Source: Chiloscyllium plagiosum (lineage: Eukaryota). From it: DNA of 64,000 bases. Position numbers and translations under genes: made by a program. Each line of letters starts with the position of its first letter. Position 1 is the stretch's first letter. The notes under the pieces were generated by a model. It had not been told where the DNA came from. It saw only the letters and a list, made by a program, of their open reading frames with translations, and made no database searches. Below, piece by piece: positions 12,400 through 26,064 of the stretch. The stretch is taken from the NCBI RefSeq assembly GCF_004010195.1, contig NC_057712.1:87911872-87975871 (forward strand), given 5' to 3'.

Positions 12400-13320
12400 G
12401 GCAGTACAATATGTGGGGCATAAACATGAAAGGGCACAAATCTTATACAAAGGAAGGGTAGCAGATGCCAATCTGCAGTGTTCTTGCTCCAGTAAGAAAG
12501 GGCAGCATCAACATAAAGGTTGTCCCACCAAAGTGCCATTCTATTGGGAAGACTGACCAGTTGAATATTTTGTTGTACTAAAAATGCCGCACACATAAAC
12601 AGAAGATAGAACTCATAATGACAAGCAATATTGAAGAGATTGAACAGCTAGACAGCAGTAAAATTATATCCTTGATGAAATAAAAAGAGATATTGGAGTG
12701 TTGTCATGTAAGTAAATAGGCACCAAATGAATTTTAAACTTGACAATGGAGCTGGAGTATCAGTCTTCTCAGATAAAATAAAACAGCTAAGTCAAGAAAT
12801 GCTCAAGCCATCCATCATCTGATGCCTAGGATGAGGAAATAGATATTCAACTAAGACTAAAAAAAAGATGACTATGTGACTGCAGTATAAACAAAACAAA
12901 AAACCATTGAGACAGTATATGTGTTTCAAAACCAAGAGATTTACTGAGCAGGATTGCTTACACAGACTGCAATAAAGTTGCTGAAGTGGATAGCAGAGAT
13001 TCCTTCTGAACAAGAAGGATACAACACTGAGTTTCCACAGTTGTTTCCTGGAACGGGAGACCCAAGGATTATTTACCACAACACAGAGCATGTACCGAGA
13101 CAATTTTTCCACTTAACTATAATAGTTCCACATCTATTTTTTAATGAAGTAAAACATAAGATTGAGGAAATGCTTCACGAAGGAATCATTTCACCTGTGA
13201 CTAAGCCAAGAAATTGGTCTCTTTGGATGGTACCAGTTCTAGATCCAAACAGCCTGTGTTACCATTTGCTGCTCAGCAAAGGTTTGGTGGTAAAGGAAGA
13301 CAGCTATGCATGACATCTTT
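12400..13320 (+). mobile_element. Gypsy LTR-retrotransposon gag/protease/RT relic
   Basis: FKLDNGAGVSVF at ~12733 (aspartic protease DTG-like). ORF 12954-13313 EFPQLFPGTG...VKHKIEEMLHEGIISPVTKPRNW...MVPV resembles the Gypsy RT N-terminus. Confidence 0.7.
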
Positions 13321-13380
13321 TTGTTGGAGAAACTGTTGCATATCATGTATTTTGGCAGGTTTGCATCTTTTGACTTCCAG

Positions 13381-13613
13381 AGCTGGAAATGTGTTGCTGG
13401 AAAAGCGCAGCAGGTCAGGCAGCATCCAGGGAACAGGAGAATCGACGTTTCGGGCATAAGCCCTTCTTCAGCCCTTCTTCTATCATTCCTGAAGAAGGGC
13501 TTATGCCCGAAACGTCGATTCTCCTGTTCCCTGGATGCTGCCTGACCTGCTGCGCTTTTCCAGCAACACATTTCCAGCTCTGATCTCCAGCATCTGCAGA
13601 CCTCACTTTCTCC
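13381..13613. mobile_element. Young palindromic family-A element with perfect 94-bp inverted arms
   Basis: 13378-13471 is the exact reverse complement of 13489-13582. 15-bp TSD tcttttgacttccag at 13366-13380 and 13614-13628. Confidence 0.92.
13485..13520 (+). ncRNA. Minimal hammerhead ribozyme motif (a mirror core lies on the - strand at ~13444-13471)
   Basis: ATTC-CTGAAGA-A-GGGC-TTAT-GCCC-GAA-ACGT-C-GATT; stem I is weak (one T-T mismatch). Confidence 0.65.
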
Positions 13614-14767
13614 TCTTTTGACTTCCAGGACAACCATTAAGATGTTCCAGATGGTGCTATTTCGGCTGTTGAGGATTTGTTTGCCACAACGTTTTCTGTT
13701 AAGTATTCCCCTGATGTCTTTATGGTAAAACATCTCAAACACCTCATTTTATGTACTTTAGAAGCTTTTATAATCTTTTGTTTTGTTGCTTCATTGCATT
13801 CTATATTCCCTTTATAAACGTCTTTACTAATTGTCTTCTTGAATCCTCTCATTTATTATTACTTCTAGCAACTTTGTTAATCTTTTCTTTTAATCTTATA
13901 CAATCTTTAACTTCTTTTGTCAGCCAGAGTTGACTAACCATTTTTGAGTATTTTCAGTTTGAAGAAATGTATAGTTGCTGTAAGCCATAAATTGATTCTT
14001 TAATGGCTACACATTGTCTGTGTACATGTCATGACATTTAAGGTATTTTTCCCAAACCACCTCAGCTAATTTGGGCTTCAAGCCATAATAATATCCCTCA
14101 TCCAAATTTAACATTTCAGATTGAATTACCTAACTTTCAAACAGAAATGTAAAATTCTATCATGCGATAGTCATTCTCCTGAAAGATTTTTTTGCAATAT
14201 CATTAATTAGCTCTTCCACATTACATATTACTCGACATACAGTAGCCTATTCTCCAGTTGATTCCTCAAAATACTGCTCTCGAAAACTATCCCTGGCATA
14301 CTCCAGAAAATCTTCCTCCACTGCTTTTTAGCTTACTTGGTTGACATGGTCTGTACTCAGATTGAAGTCACCCATGATTACAGTTTTGCCCATGCCATAT
14401 GCTTCTCTCATTTCCTGATTAATACCAGGCCCACATTATCATTCCTACTCAATAGCCAACAGCTACCTCCAACCAATGTCTACTGCCATTGTTGTTTCTT
14501 AGTTCCAGCAAAACAGATTCCAAAAATTGTTCTTTTGATCTTCTCCTTCTAATGCAATGATCTCAATTTTTTTTAAGTGCACTCCACCTCTTTTTCTTTC
14601 CTGCTTGTCTTTCTAGCTGTTGAATATTCTTGACTATTCAGATTCTAGTCCTGTTCACCATGGGGCAATAATATCCAATTATTTTTATTTGTGTCTTTAG
14701 ACCATCCACATTGCTGTGAATGTTTTATGAATTCACGTAGAGTGTGATGAGTCTTTTTATTTGATTT

Positions 14768-14900
14768 ACTGTCATAGAGTCATAGAGATGTGCAACATGG
14801 AAACAGACCCTTCAGTCCAACTCGTCCATGCCGACCAGATATCCCAACCTAATCTAGTCTCATTTGCCAACACTTGGCCCATATCCATCCAAACCCTTCG
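14768..14900 (-). mobile_element. CR1 3' tail fragment
   Basis: gtcatagagtcatagagatgtgcaacatggaaacagaccc..., same family as 608 and 57441. Confidence 0.85.
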
Positions 14901-16879
14901 ATTTATTATTGTCATATGTAATTAAGTACATGAAAAGTTATGTTTTGCAAGCAATATAGGCAGATCATAACATGCAAGGACATACAGATCACAAGATGTT
15001 TAGACAGAGCGAGGCATATCATTCCACATTTGAATCATACTCATTGCTCAGATTTGTTTCTCATATCTTCATGCCTCTCCAGAAGATTTACTACTTCTTG
15101 CTACTAACTTTACTTCCTTCCAATTTAGGTTACCCCTCAGGTTCCCAGCCCCTTGACAAGTTAATTTGAACTGACCAACGACACTAATAAAGCTGCCAGT
15201 GAGGATACCTGTTAAAATGTAACAGATCTCATCTGGCTAGAAGCAGTCACAATTCCTCAGAAATCTGATGTCCTCCCTGTTACACCAGTTCTTCAGTGTT
15301 CACACCATTAATCCTCCTGATCTTTTTAATTTCCTTCTTAACTCCCTGACATGTGCTTTTCTAATGTCATTCCTCTTCCCACATTTGTCATTGGTACGAA
15401 TGTGGACCATGACTTTAGGCTGATAACTCTCTGCTAGAGGAAGATCCTGCAACTGCTCCATGGCATCCTAGACCAAGGCATCAGGGAGGAAACACATCAT
15501 CCTGGAGTCACATTTAAAACCCGCAGAAACACAGGAATACTGATTGGCAAATAGGACAGATTCAGGGGATGTCTTCACTACCGATCTAATTTTGTTAGGC
15601 TTTCCCAGATTGCCTGATGGTTGCCCATTCCCTGTTTGTTTGCACGATTGTAACACATGGTATGATCAGCTCCTCATGTATGCTCGTAATGTAATCCTCT
15701 GCACCATGGAGATGCCTCCTGCAAGTCCAGCTGTCTCTCGATGACAAGAATTTTGAAAATTTTCAAATAAACCTCCTTTTCACTTTATTCCTCAAACCTT
15801 CATTTGAGACTTTAGCTGATAAGTGGGAGACATTTCTGGTATAGTAACTCAGGACACATAAGTTATAAATAATACTTTCTAAAGGATGGCAGAGACTTTA
15901 CAGGCATATCACAATTCTTGTATTCTGATTCAGTTTCTCACTTCCTTCCAATGCCTTACGGCAGGATAACTTCAAACTTTTCCTGCACCTTGGTTGCTGA
16001 AGGCTGCTGCTTATTAACACCTTCCAGATCACAATCCATAACATAATCAATTTGGTTATTCTATTTTGACTGGCTGAGACTAGGCAAGACTTATTGCTAA
16101 AATTAAATCAAAGAACATGGATGCTTGAAGTCAGAACAAAAACAGAAATTCCTGAAAATTTCTAGAAGTGCAATAGTTTTTGTGGAGAGAAAACAGAATT
16201 AATATTTCAGATCCAGTGACCCTTCTTCAAATGCAATTTAAGGGACACATGATCAATCTCTAATTAGCTGTTAAGGATGATGGAGGTTGACTGATGGCAC
16301 TTCCCACTATTACCTGACTGGAGTTGCTTAAGTTGTCAATTATCCATAGGTCCATCCTGTTCACTGAATTTCAACTTTACTTCTTTGTTACAGAAAAAGG
16401 GAGGCATTTGCAATTAAACTCAAGGACTGATATCCCTGAGCCCATGTCTCAATCTTCGTTTGGCTTGGCGAAGTTCTCATTAAATCAAAAGCTTACTTGT
16501 CACTGACCATTTGTATTTCCCCTAGGTTCATTATTTTTTGTTTCAGCTGTGTTTCAATGCATGGAAACAATTTATATTACCCCTATATTCTTTAGAGGCA
16601 ATGGTATACTATCAAAGATATGTAAAAACTAATACAGAGAGTCAAAAAGTGTAGGTAGGAGTTCAAAGTTTATACAGGATGTAAAAAGACTGAAATAATG
16701 GAATATTCTTCGCTACATAGTTTTGAGTTATGAAACGCTAAAGGATTATACAATTGCAAACATTGCAAAGTTGATTCTAATATATAGGTTTTATTTAGTC
16801 AGAAGTTACACTTCTAAACAAATCAAACATACAAGTACAAGAGCACAGATATGGTTATGATTTATTTTAAGCTGGAGTA

Positions 16880-18660
16880 TATTATGTCTGTCATCTTCAA
16901 ATTTGGCTGTCTAAGACAAACAGAGGCCCCTCATTCTTGCAACTGTAACTCGAGCGTGACGTATTGTCTTCTCTCTGCTCATAATCCCAAGGTGCATTTC
17001 TTTGTCAAATGAAGCTAAGCAGAGTCACATGATGTCACAGTGCCAAAATCTGTCGTGGCTATGCTTAAAAAGATTATAATATTAGATTGAGTAATGACTA
17101 TGCTTTAATTGTGCGATTATAACTAAGTCAATCATGAAATGTTAGTTTTCCTACTAATCCTACATCTTCTACCCTGCACAGATTGCAAGCCTGACTGATG
17201 ATGTGAAATTGGTTTCTGCTGTACCTTTTATCACAGTCTGATTTGTTTAATAATTCATTTTCAGTTGAAGAATGATTTCTATTGGTGGATGCACTTTTCT
17301 CAGGTGATAGTCATTGTGTATGGTCAACAGAATGTGTTGTTTGATTAGGCCTGCTTGTCAATGGAATATTAGTTTTCATGCCTCCATTATACTGGCATTG
17401 AAACTCAAACATCAAAATACTCCTTTGTGGGGGAGGCAAAACAACTTTTTGGTTTGATAGGAGTGTCCTGCAGTGGAAAAGCCTATTCATGCACTAACTG
17501 CATTATAGCAGCATGAGACCTCTAGCTTCAACTGTTCTTATTTTTGAGACACTTTCTCCTTCCAGGGTAATATGAGAGAGACTGAGGTAAACCTTTCAAG
17601 GCCAAGGGTAGAGGACATAGGCTCTCTCTTGAGTTTTCACAATATGATTTGATGATGCTATCCATTATCACACTGAATAGTTTTGATATCCCAATCGCAG
17701 CATCAAACTTACACTTTAATCAAATAGCTGACACTCTATTCAAAAGGTTGCCAATAAATTGATCTTGTAGCATTTGGGACTGTAGGAATCCCAATGCGTA
17801 AACTGACTGATGGACATAGGCTTTCAGTGGATAACGGTTAGAAACCTGTTGTCAGACTTTTAAACTAATAAATCAAAGGAAAAGATCTCATTTGATTACT
17901 TCATCTCAGTGATAAATTTAAACGCAGGATGGAGTAAGCTGTGTAAAGCAATTCTTTAATGCAGATGCGAATTCAAATGTTGCTAACGTGTCATTTACAT
18001 GTCAGAAATATCCAAGGGATGGAAGATTTGTGGTCGTTCAATCAGAAATGCACTTATCTTGGTAGTGAAGAAAGATTTTGTCAAGACCTGGGCCAAGGGA
18101 GGCTCCCATAGCAACACTACTTGGATGAATGTGGTTTCATTGAAGCTGAACTTAGAAGTTGGTAAGTCCTTAAGTTCAAAGAACACAGTTTCAGATGCCA
18201 GTGGCACATCTAGATTGCCATGATATAGTGACATAGTGTAAATGTCAATGCCCTCTTTGAATATAATGTTGTTACATAAGCTTTTCAAAAGAGCACAGGA
18301 CATGCTATTGCATTGGCAAGGCAATCAGATTGAGGATCAGGACAAATGGAGGATACTTGCTGCCACTGGCTGGAGGATAACATGCTCAGTCTGTGAGTAT
18401 CACCCCTCCTTAGTTGAGGCTGGTCTTACAAATACCGTCACTGGTCCTCTATGATTGTGGGCATCTATAGAGCAAAGGGGACAGACTAATTCAGGAAGCG
18501 ACATAAAGTAAAAGTTCCATCTGGTCCAAATCCACCCCTCTCTCCCAACATGTTTTGACATACACTTGTCACAAGCATGAACAACCTCTATTTTTCTAGG
18601 TTTGGAATTGAAAGTTGTTTTCCGTACAAGCAAGCAATAAAGAAAGACTTGAGCTAAGGC
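16880..18660 (-). mobile_element. Long degenerate Penelope-like element (RT plus GIY-YIG endonuclease)
   Basis: Minus-strand motifs in order: SVAMGASLGPGLDKIF (~18120-18070, cf. GVAMGSPLGP.LANIF); YF*HVNDT (~18005-17985, cf. YFRYVDDT); WDSYSPK.YKI (~17795-17760); FEFQC and ..IKQH (~17410-17330, GIY-YIG region). Many stops and frameshifts. Confidence 0.7.
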
Positions 18661-21600
18661 TCAAGCTGAGGCCACAGCTGCAATAATTTGAAGTGTCACT
18701 GGAACACTTGTCTTGTGAGTTGGGGACAAATTAAGACAAAATAAAAAGACACTGATAATTAAAAGTGAAAAGCAGAATTTAAACTACTGTCTGTAAATAG
18801 GTTTATTTACTGTTATGCTTAATTTAGATAAGTTTCTGGTTGCAGTAAATCAGATTCTATCTGTACTTACTGGTTTTCTGGTATTAAACACCAACCATTT
18901 ATATTTACAAGTATAACCAAACAAAGTCATTAAAGCCACTTAACAAGTACAATATTAATGAAAACATTTTTTGACGTGAAAGTACATAGGTGGTATTTGT
19001 GCAGTTGACCATAAAGCCTGTTAAAAGACTAGGTTTTTAAGAAACATGTTAAAGGAAAAATAGGCAGAAAGGTGAAGATATTTACTGGTGAAATTCCAAA
19101 GCTTAAGACCTATGTTGCTGAAAACTGAAAACCATCAATTTAAATGAGCACAAGTTTATGTGGAATGAAGGTTGGAAGGTTCTCAGTGGTGCAGTGTTCT
19201 AGTCAAAACTACAGGTACAAGGAGTAGATGTGGCTTTCAGTTTCAGATGAGCTGGAGAAATTTAAATGACCTACAGGTGAGAAGCAAATATGAGAAGAAT
19301 ACAGTTCTCTTAAAGGCCTGTAAGGCTGGCGAAGGTTACATACATAAGCAGAGATGTTATATAGTAAGAATAATTTCTGCATCAATTTAGGTGCAATCAA
19401 ACTATCAAATAAACAATTGAGGAATTTTCATTCAAATGTAGACTGTCGTTTCAATACTATTGGTTGGTGCATCATATCTTTGCAATGGCAGCACGTTTGC
19501 CAGGACTTTGATAAAAAAAACACTTTAGTAGATTCTTGCTTCAAAGACCATCTCAATCAAGACAGAGTATAACCATCTCTTCTTTGTATTAAATGTCATT
19601 AGTATCACTGAGTCTTCCATTAACAACATCCTGGCGTTACCATTGATCAGAAATTGAACTGGATCAGTTATATAAATACTATGGCTACAATGGCAGATCA
19701 GGGACTATGAGTCACCATGCCTCAGGTGAGAGACAAGGTTGACCAGACAAGACCTTCATGGGTGACCTCATCAGGAACAGGAATTCAACCTATGCTGCTG
19801 GTGTAACTCTACACGACAAACCAACCATCTAGTTAACTGAGTTAACCAACCCCTAAAGAACTGAGTAAGTACACCTCCAATAACACTAAAACAACTTGTT
19901 ATGATTCAGGACAAAGCAGCAAGACTTGTTTTGCACCCAAGTACACACTTGTGCTTATTAAAATTTCAAGTTGATGGTCTCTAATCGGAACTGGGAAAAT
20001 ATAGAATCCTCTCACTGCTGTTTTTGAGACCATGCAGTGCCATATTTATCTACATGGTACTAGTGATTTTAACGTAAGGAATTGTACTTGAAAAGTGGGA
20101 ATTATTCTGAGCGATGCAGAATATATAATTAGATATAGTCATTGTTATATTGACTGTCCTGCACTGTAATGGCTCTGACCTGCCTATTTTCTGGCACATA
20201 TCTATTTGCAATATTTCTTGCCGTTTTTGAAGTTGCAATGTAGTTCTGACCATTTTTTTCTTCATGATTAAGGCTGCTTAGCTCTACCTCACTAAGATTG
20301 TTTAACTCTGACCCTACCTCAGCTCATCTGAAACTGAAAGCCACATCTACTCCTTGTACCTGTAGTTTTGACTAGAACACTGCACCACTGAGAACCTTCC
20401 AACCTTCATTCCACATAAACTTGTGCTCATTTAAATTCTACTGCCACTATTTTTATTTGCTGTCAATCTTGTTCATCCCCCACCTTTGTGCTTGCTAAAT
20501 TGCACAGGCATCTAGTCTGACATTGCGCCGGATAAAAAAAACCTTTCCCTTGTTTTTATAGTAACCAAATCAACAGTTCTGATGACAATACAATGAAAAT
20601 GTGATCAGGTGTTATAGGAAAGAAACTATTAAGTCACCCCTTTGAAGCAAGATGGTCTTTGCCTACTATTTATTAGCCTAACATGGATGTTGTCCAGCTC
20701 TTAATGCACATAGTGACCAGATTATTCAAGGCGTCACAAACATTGCACAATCATCAGCAAATATCCCCAGTTCGGAACTTATGATGGAGGGATGGTGTTT
20801 GATGGCTTAACTGAAGATGGTTGGACCAAGGACACCAATCTGAGGAATTCCTGCTGTGATGTTTGGGATTTTAATAATTTATCTCCAACAACCAGGACCA
20901 TTTTCCTTTGTGCCAGGTATGACTGCAACCAGCAGAGAGTTATCCTTCAATCTCCACTGACTAGTTTTTCTAGGGCTCCTTGATGTCACATTTAGTTAAA
21001 TGTTGCCTTGACGTAAAGGTAAGTACTTCATCTTTGGAGTTCAGGTTTTTTGTCTGTTTTTAACAAGGCTGTAATGAGATCAGGAGATGGGTGGCCCTTA
21101 AGAAATCCCGGCTAAGCATCAGTGAGCTGAACACTTAATAGCACTGTTGTAGATAACACTGTAATAGATAACATCTTCCACCACTTTACTGAACAAGCCT
21201 AAAGGTGTGAAAATAGGAGCTGTGCAGCTAGCCATGAACTGTCAGTGGAACTGATCAGGACCATTCTGAGATAACAGGTCAAATTGGTCAAGAAATACCA
21301 GAGGACTAGCTGTTCAGTACAGGAGAAAGGGAATTTCGCAAATTCTGGGCCAGGTGACAATGATGGTGCAAGGAGTGGGGTGGGGTGGGGGGGGGGAGCG
21401 GGGAGCAGTTGAATGGTCAGGTATATAATGGATAAATATTAGAAACTAAAAGAGAAAATGTGAGAGAAAGATTGTGACTCAGAGCATTTTGGCAAAGCAG
21501 AAGGAATATAGGAAAACTCAGAATAAAGAAAGGAAGAGAAGGCCATGGTCATAAATATTAGGTACTTAAGATACAGCAGACTTGGACAGAATCAGATCAT

Positions 21601-22471
21601 GAAGAGATGATGTAAAGAAACTGTTACACAGAGACTGTGACCTGCACTCTTGGCTGGCCACAATGACTTGACTGGGAGGATTAGGAAAAGAAGCCACAGA
21701 GTTCAGCAAATGGGACGCTGATTGACAGGAACCATCATTGTAATAGTCTCCAAGGTAGACTTAAAGAACATGGAAGTAATACTCACTGATAAGAAGGAAA
21801 GTGGTGGCTGTGATAGCCAACACAATAAATTGGTACACCTGCAACAAGTTGGACATTTTGCACTGAATGTAAAGTGAATAATGGAAACGTGGACACTAGT
21901 TGGAGCATCTATTGAAAAGTAGGCCACAGCTGAACAGAATGTTTGGGTAAAGGAAGGAAAAGAACAAAAATAAGTGTCTTCATGAAAGGATATCCTTTTT
22001 ACCTGGATAAATGTCAGGGAAATTATTTAGCTTGCTTTTTAAAAATAGGACATCCCAGACCCTGGGTTGGACAGAGGTTACAACCCTTCCCATGACACTA
22101 TTACATGTCATCAGAATGAGTATTGGTGGAGCAGGACCATCCTACTGGAAATAGAAAATCTCATGATCCTCACAATTTAATGGGTACTCCAGCCTACAAA
22201 GGCCACAGTATTGGGAATTGGCATACTGAGAATTGAGCACATTAATATTTCCAAAGGGAGGTTGGATACTTTAGCCAAACCAAAATGGGATTAGAGCACA
22301 TGGTTATTCCAAATGACCTAAATGACAGGTACAACAATAGCCAGTTTCGCAGGTGGTAAATTGAAAAGAGCACAGGAATTTGGGATTGTTCGGTCAACAG
22401 AACCTGAAGTATGAACCAAAAATTAGCTGGAGTGTGAATTTGTTAATGTGAACCCATAACCATAAACAGGC

Positions 22472-22595
22472 AGGCAAAAGTGAGGACTGCAGATGCCTCC
22501 ATTCCTGATGAAGGGCTTTTGCCTGAAAAGTCGATTTTCCTGCTCCTCAGATGCTGCCTGGCCTGCTGTGCTTTTCCAGCACCACTCTAATCTAG
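22472..22595. mobile_element. Family-A-related short element with decayed hammerhead
   Basis: aggcaaaagtgaggactgcagatgc joined to attcctgatgaagggcttttgcctgaaaagtcgatt.... 20-bp TSD acccataaccataaacaggc at 22452-22471 and 22596-22615. Confidence 0.85.
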
Positions 22596-22620
22596 ACCCA
22601 TAACCATAAACAGGCCAGTA

Positions 22621-23010
22621 CACAAGCCACACAGGCATTATTCTGTTAAACCTGAAGGCCAACAAGCAGTTGTGAAGATTGTTCAGCAGTTAATGCAAAG
22701 AGGCATGGTCAAACCAACCACCTCGACCACCAACTCCCCCCACATGGTCAGTTAAGAAGCCAGATAGATTGTACCACTTAATCTCTGAATGAGGCTGACC
22801 CTAGAGAATACCCAATTTTGGTCAATCCTATTACAATTACAATGGCCTTAAACCAGAACATTGAAGTTTCAATATCTGTGCTATATCTAATAGATTCTAG
22901 ATGATTCCCCTGACAGAAGAATCGCCAGATAAATTTGCATTTACAGCAGGAAATAGTTAGTACAGATTCAGTTTTCCACAGGAAATCCCACAATAATCCA
23001 AGGACGTTTC
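22621..23010 (+). pseudogene. Retrovirus-like reverse transcriptase relic
   Basis: HRHYSVKPEGQQAVVKIVQQLMQRGMVKPTTSTTNSP/TWSVKKPD ... ISNRF*MIPLTEESPDKFAFTAGNS*YRFSFPQ/HNNP, matching the retroviral RT pattern QY.. / SP.N.P.WPVKK / D..NGF..IPL..ES..KFAFT / LPQG..NSP. Confidence 0.7.
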
Positions 23011-23099
23011 AATTCATCATGAGTGCAGCTTCAGAACTCTTGAATCTAACAGTTTCATAGAGGAAATGGATTGGTCATAGTCATGGCGTGTCCCTCAAA

Positions 23100-23880
23100 A
23101 GGGAAAGCATTGTAAATAAATCCAGAGATCACTGGATGACCAGAGAGAAAGATATAAAGTTAAAGAAGAAAATGTGCTGAAGGAAGCGTCGTTCAGAAAA
23201 TACAGTTGAAGACCAAGCTGAATACAGAAGGTTCAGAAGGGAGGTAAAAAAATGAAGACAAGAAGCAAAACAGGTTGATAACAAAAGACTAGCACTTAAC
23301 ATAAAGTAAAATCCTGAAGTCTTGTATAGGCACATCAATAATACAAGGGTGGCAAATGGAGGAGTACAGCTAATTAGGAACTAAAAAGGAGATGTATTCA
23401 TTGAGGCAAGTGGCATGTCTAAGGTGCTAGATAAATACTTTGCGTCTGTATTTACCTATGAGGTAGATGCTGACCAGGCCATCATGGAAAAGAAGGAAAT
23501 TTAGTCACTCAAAGGTTTAAAATTGATAAGGAGGATGTAATGAATAAGCTATTGCCACTTAATCTTGATAAGGCACTGGGACCAGATGAGACGCATTCAA
23601 AGACAGACGAAATTGAGAGTGGATACTGTATTGCAGTGATACTGGCAATAAACTTTCCATCTTCCCTGGATTCAGGGTTGGTACTGAAGGATTGGAGAAC
23701 TGTAAACATGATGTACTTTTTCAGAAATGTTTGTAAAGTTTGGTCCAGCATTTAAGACCAATCATAGTTAACTTTGGTGATGGGAAACATTTAGAAACAA
23801 TATAGAAACTAATAGTTTCATGTAAATTTGTGCACTGATTCAGGAGTGTCAGAATGAATGGGATTAGGAAAAATTGTTTA
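23100..23880 (+). mobile_element. Degenerate CR1 ORF2 fragment
   Basis: ORF 23540 contains DKALGPD...SLDSGLVLKDWRTVN (CR1 'KS.GPD..H..SL..G.VP.DW..ANV'). Confidence 0.75.
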
Positions 23881-25785
23881 TTTGAGATTTAGTTGTTGAC
23901 TAAATAATGTTTATGTTTTTTTGGCAATTTGTTACTGTCATCGTCTTAAAACTAGAAACCTTGCCTTGTGGTCCTTTCAGTTGGTCACTGTGAATTCCAG
24001 TCTTGTGTAATGTTATTAGTCTCTACAGAAGCTACAACAAATAGTAAACATAAATGTTAGCTGCAAAATGTCTTATTACCCAGCTGTACAGACTCAGAAT
24101 GCATTCACGCATGTCAATCATAAAATGCTACAGAACAACACCCTTAAAGAGAGAGTTTGAAGAGTTAAGGAGAGAGAGAAAATTAAGGGTTTATCAAAAG
24201 CTGAATTATTTGAAAGCTTTTCAAAATGGTAATAAATACATAAATGGAAAGTAAAATAATTAAGCTTTCATCAATGATATTCAGGAGAATAAATCTCCCC
24301 AGAACTAGCTGTTAGTTTTGCTTTATTTAGTTAGTATTTAATATTCATTGAAGCTTTTCAAACTTATTGGAAATTAATGTTTCATCCAGAACATATTGCT
24401 ATCAATAAGACGAATATCAAGACTGTATTCAAGGCACAATGTAATATAAATGACTGCCCACTGACTCATCATTAAAAACTATTCCAATCCAGGAGACTGT
24501 GGAAGTGATGTAATCAGCATTTGCCGTACATGTATGTAGTTTAATTGAGAAAGCATTAGCATCAGAAAGTGTAGGTTATGGAAATGTCCAGGCTTTTTTG
24601 TAAATGCTTTTTTTGTTCTGTTCTTTGGGTTGTGATTGGCTGACCTTAATTCTTTTTACATGTAAAATCCTGTAATTTAATTTTTTTTTAAATTATCAAA
24701 CAGTTCAGCTATTTCCCAACTATCAAATTAGGGAGAGAAATTTGACAGTTTAGAATTGTAGCCAGTGAAAGCATAGCCACCTATATCGTCCAGGATGCTC
24801 AAGAGAACCAAATTAAAGGAGTACTAATAATGTGCAACTGTACATGCTTGATAGGAGGGTGACAGCAAAGGCACAGAGGGATTTAATAGACATGACTGAG
24901 AATTTAAAAGTCATGCCTTTGCTTAACTGAAGACAACGTCAGTAGGCAATCACAGAGATGATGTGAAAAATGGGCTTGGTGTAAATTAGGACAGAGGCCT
25001 CTGCACTTGTATTGACATCTGGCTTATTTGGAGCACTAGACAGGAATTTGTTCGAATAGTCAACTCTAAAAGTAACAACACTATCGCTAAGGGTTTCACC
25101 AGCAGATGAATTAAAGCAGAGATAAAGTCACACATTGCCACATATGTGGAAATAGACATCCTTAATGATCCCATGGACATATGGTCAGAATCTCATCTTG
25201 GGATCAGATATCACACTAAGTCTGTGAACAGGCTGGTTCAGCCTCAGACAGATTCCAGGAAGACTAATGAAGTCCCTGAATAGGGAAAAGACCTTGTAAT
25301 AGTGATCAAAATAAATGGGATTTCAAATATTTAGTTGGAAAAATGTCTGCTCATCCAATACTGGATGTTAAAAACACAACTTCACAATTTAGACACAATG
25401 CAGGGGTGAAGAGAGGTCATGATGAGGTAGAAATAGTTGTCTTCAGCATACATGTAAAAACTAACATTGTGTTTTGGAGAATGTCACTGGGAGCAACTTG
25501 TTGCACGAGGTGGCCAAGAATGGTTCCTTGGAAAATATCAGAAAAAAAATTGTGGAAGCAGAAAGAGATGTCATACTAGATAATTCTCTGGCAACAATTC
25601 AATATGAATAAAACCACAAGTGCAATTTCATCCAGCTGGATGACAGGGAAGAGAAGTTGCTGGAAAATGGATTGAACACACACGTTAAAGCTGAGGTCAA
25701 GAAGGATGAGTGCAGAAGACTTATCTTTGACACAATTGCATGCAGAATATCTTTTAGCTATGATAAGGCATGTTTTAGTGCTGTG

Positions 25786-26064
25786 ACACGTGGCTCAGTG
25801 GTGAGCACTGCTGCCTCACAGCACCAGGGTCCCAGGTTCAATTCCAGCCTTGGGCGACTGTGTGGAGTTTGCACATTCTCCCTGTGTCTGCGTGGGTTTC
25901 CTCCCATAGTCCAAAGACATGCAGGTCAGGTGAATGGGCCATGCTAAATTGCCCATAGTATTAGTTGCATTAGTCAAAGGGAAATGGGTCTGGGTGGGTT
26001 ACTCTTCGGAGGGTCGGTGTGGACTGAAGGGCCTGTTTCCACCCTGTAGGGTATCTATCTATCT
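25786..26064 (+). mobile_element. HE1 SINE
   Basis: tggctcagtggtgagcactgctgcctcacagc, ggttcaattcc, V-domain, tail gggcctgtttccaccctgtaggg.atcta. Confidence 0.9.

Noticed and set aside
13239-13742. Recurrent ORFs encoding MCCWKSAAGQAASREQENRRFGHKPFF on both strands (also at 4517-4774, 22423, 42085)
   Set aside because: They are translations of the palindromic repeat arms. They appear on both strands and are broken differently in each copy, so they are not a gene family.
21372-21404. G-rich tract, potential G-quadruplex (also ~1800-1830)
   Set aside because: Low-complexity run with no functional context.
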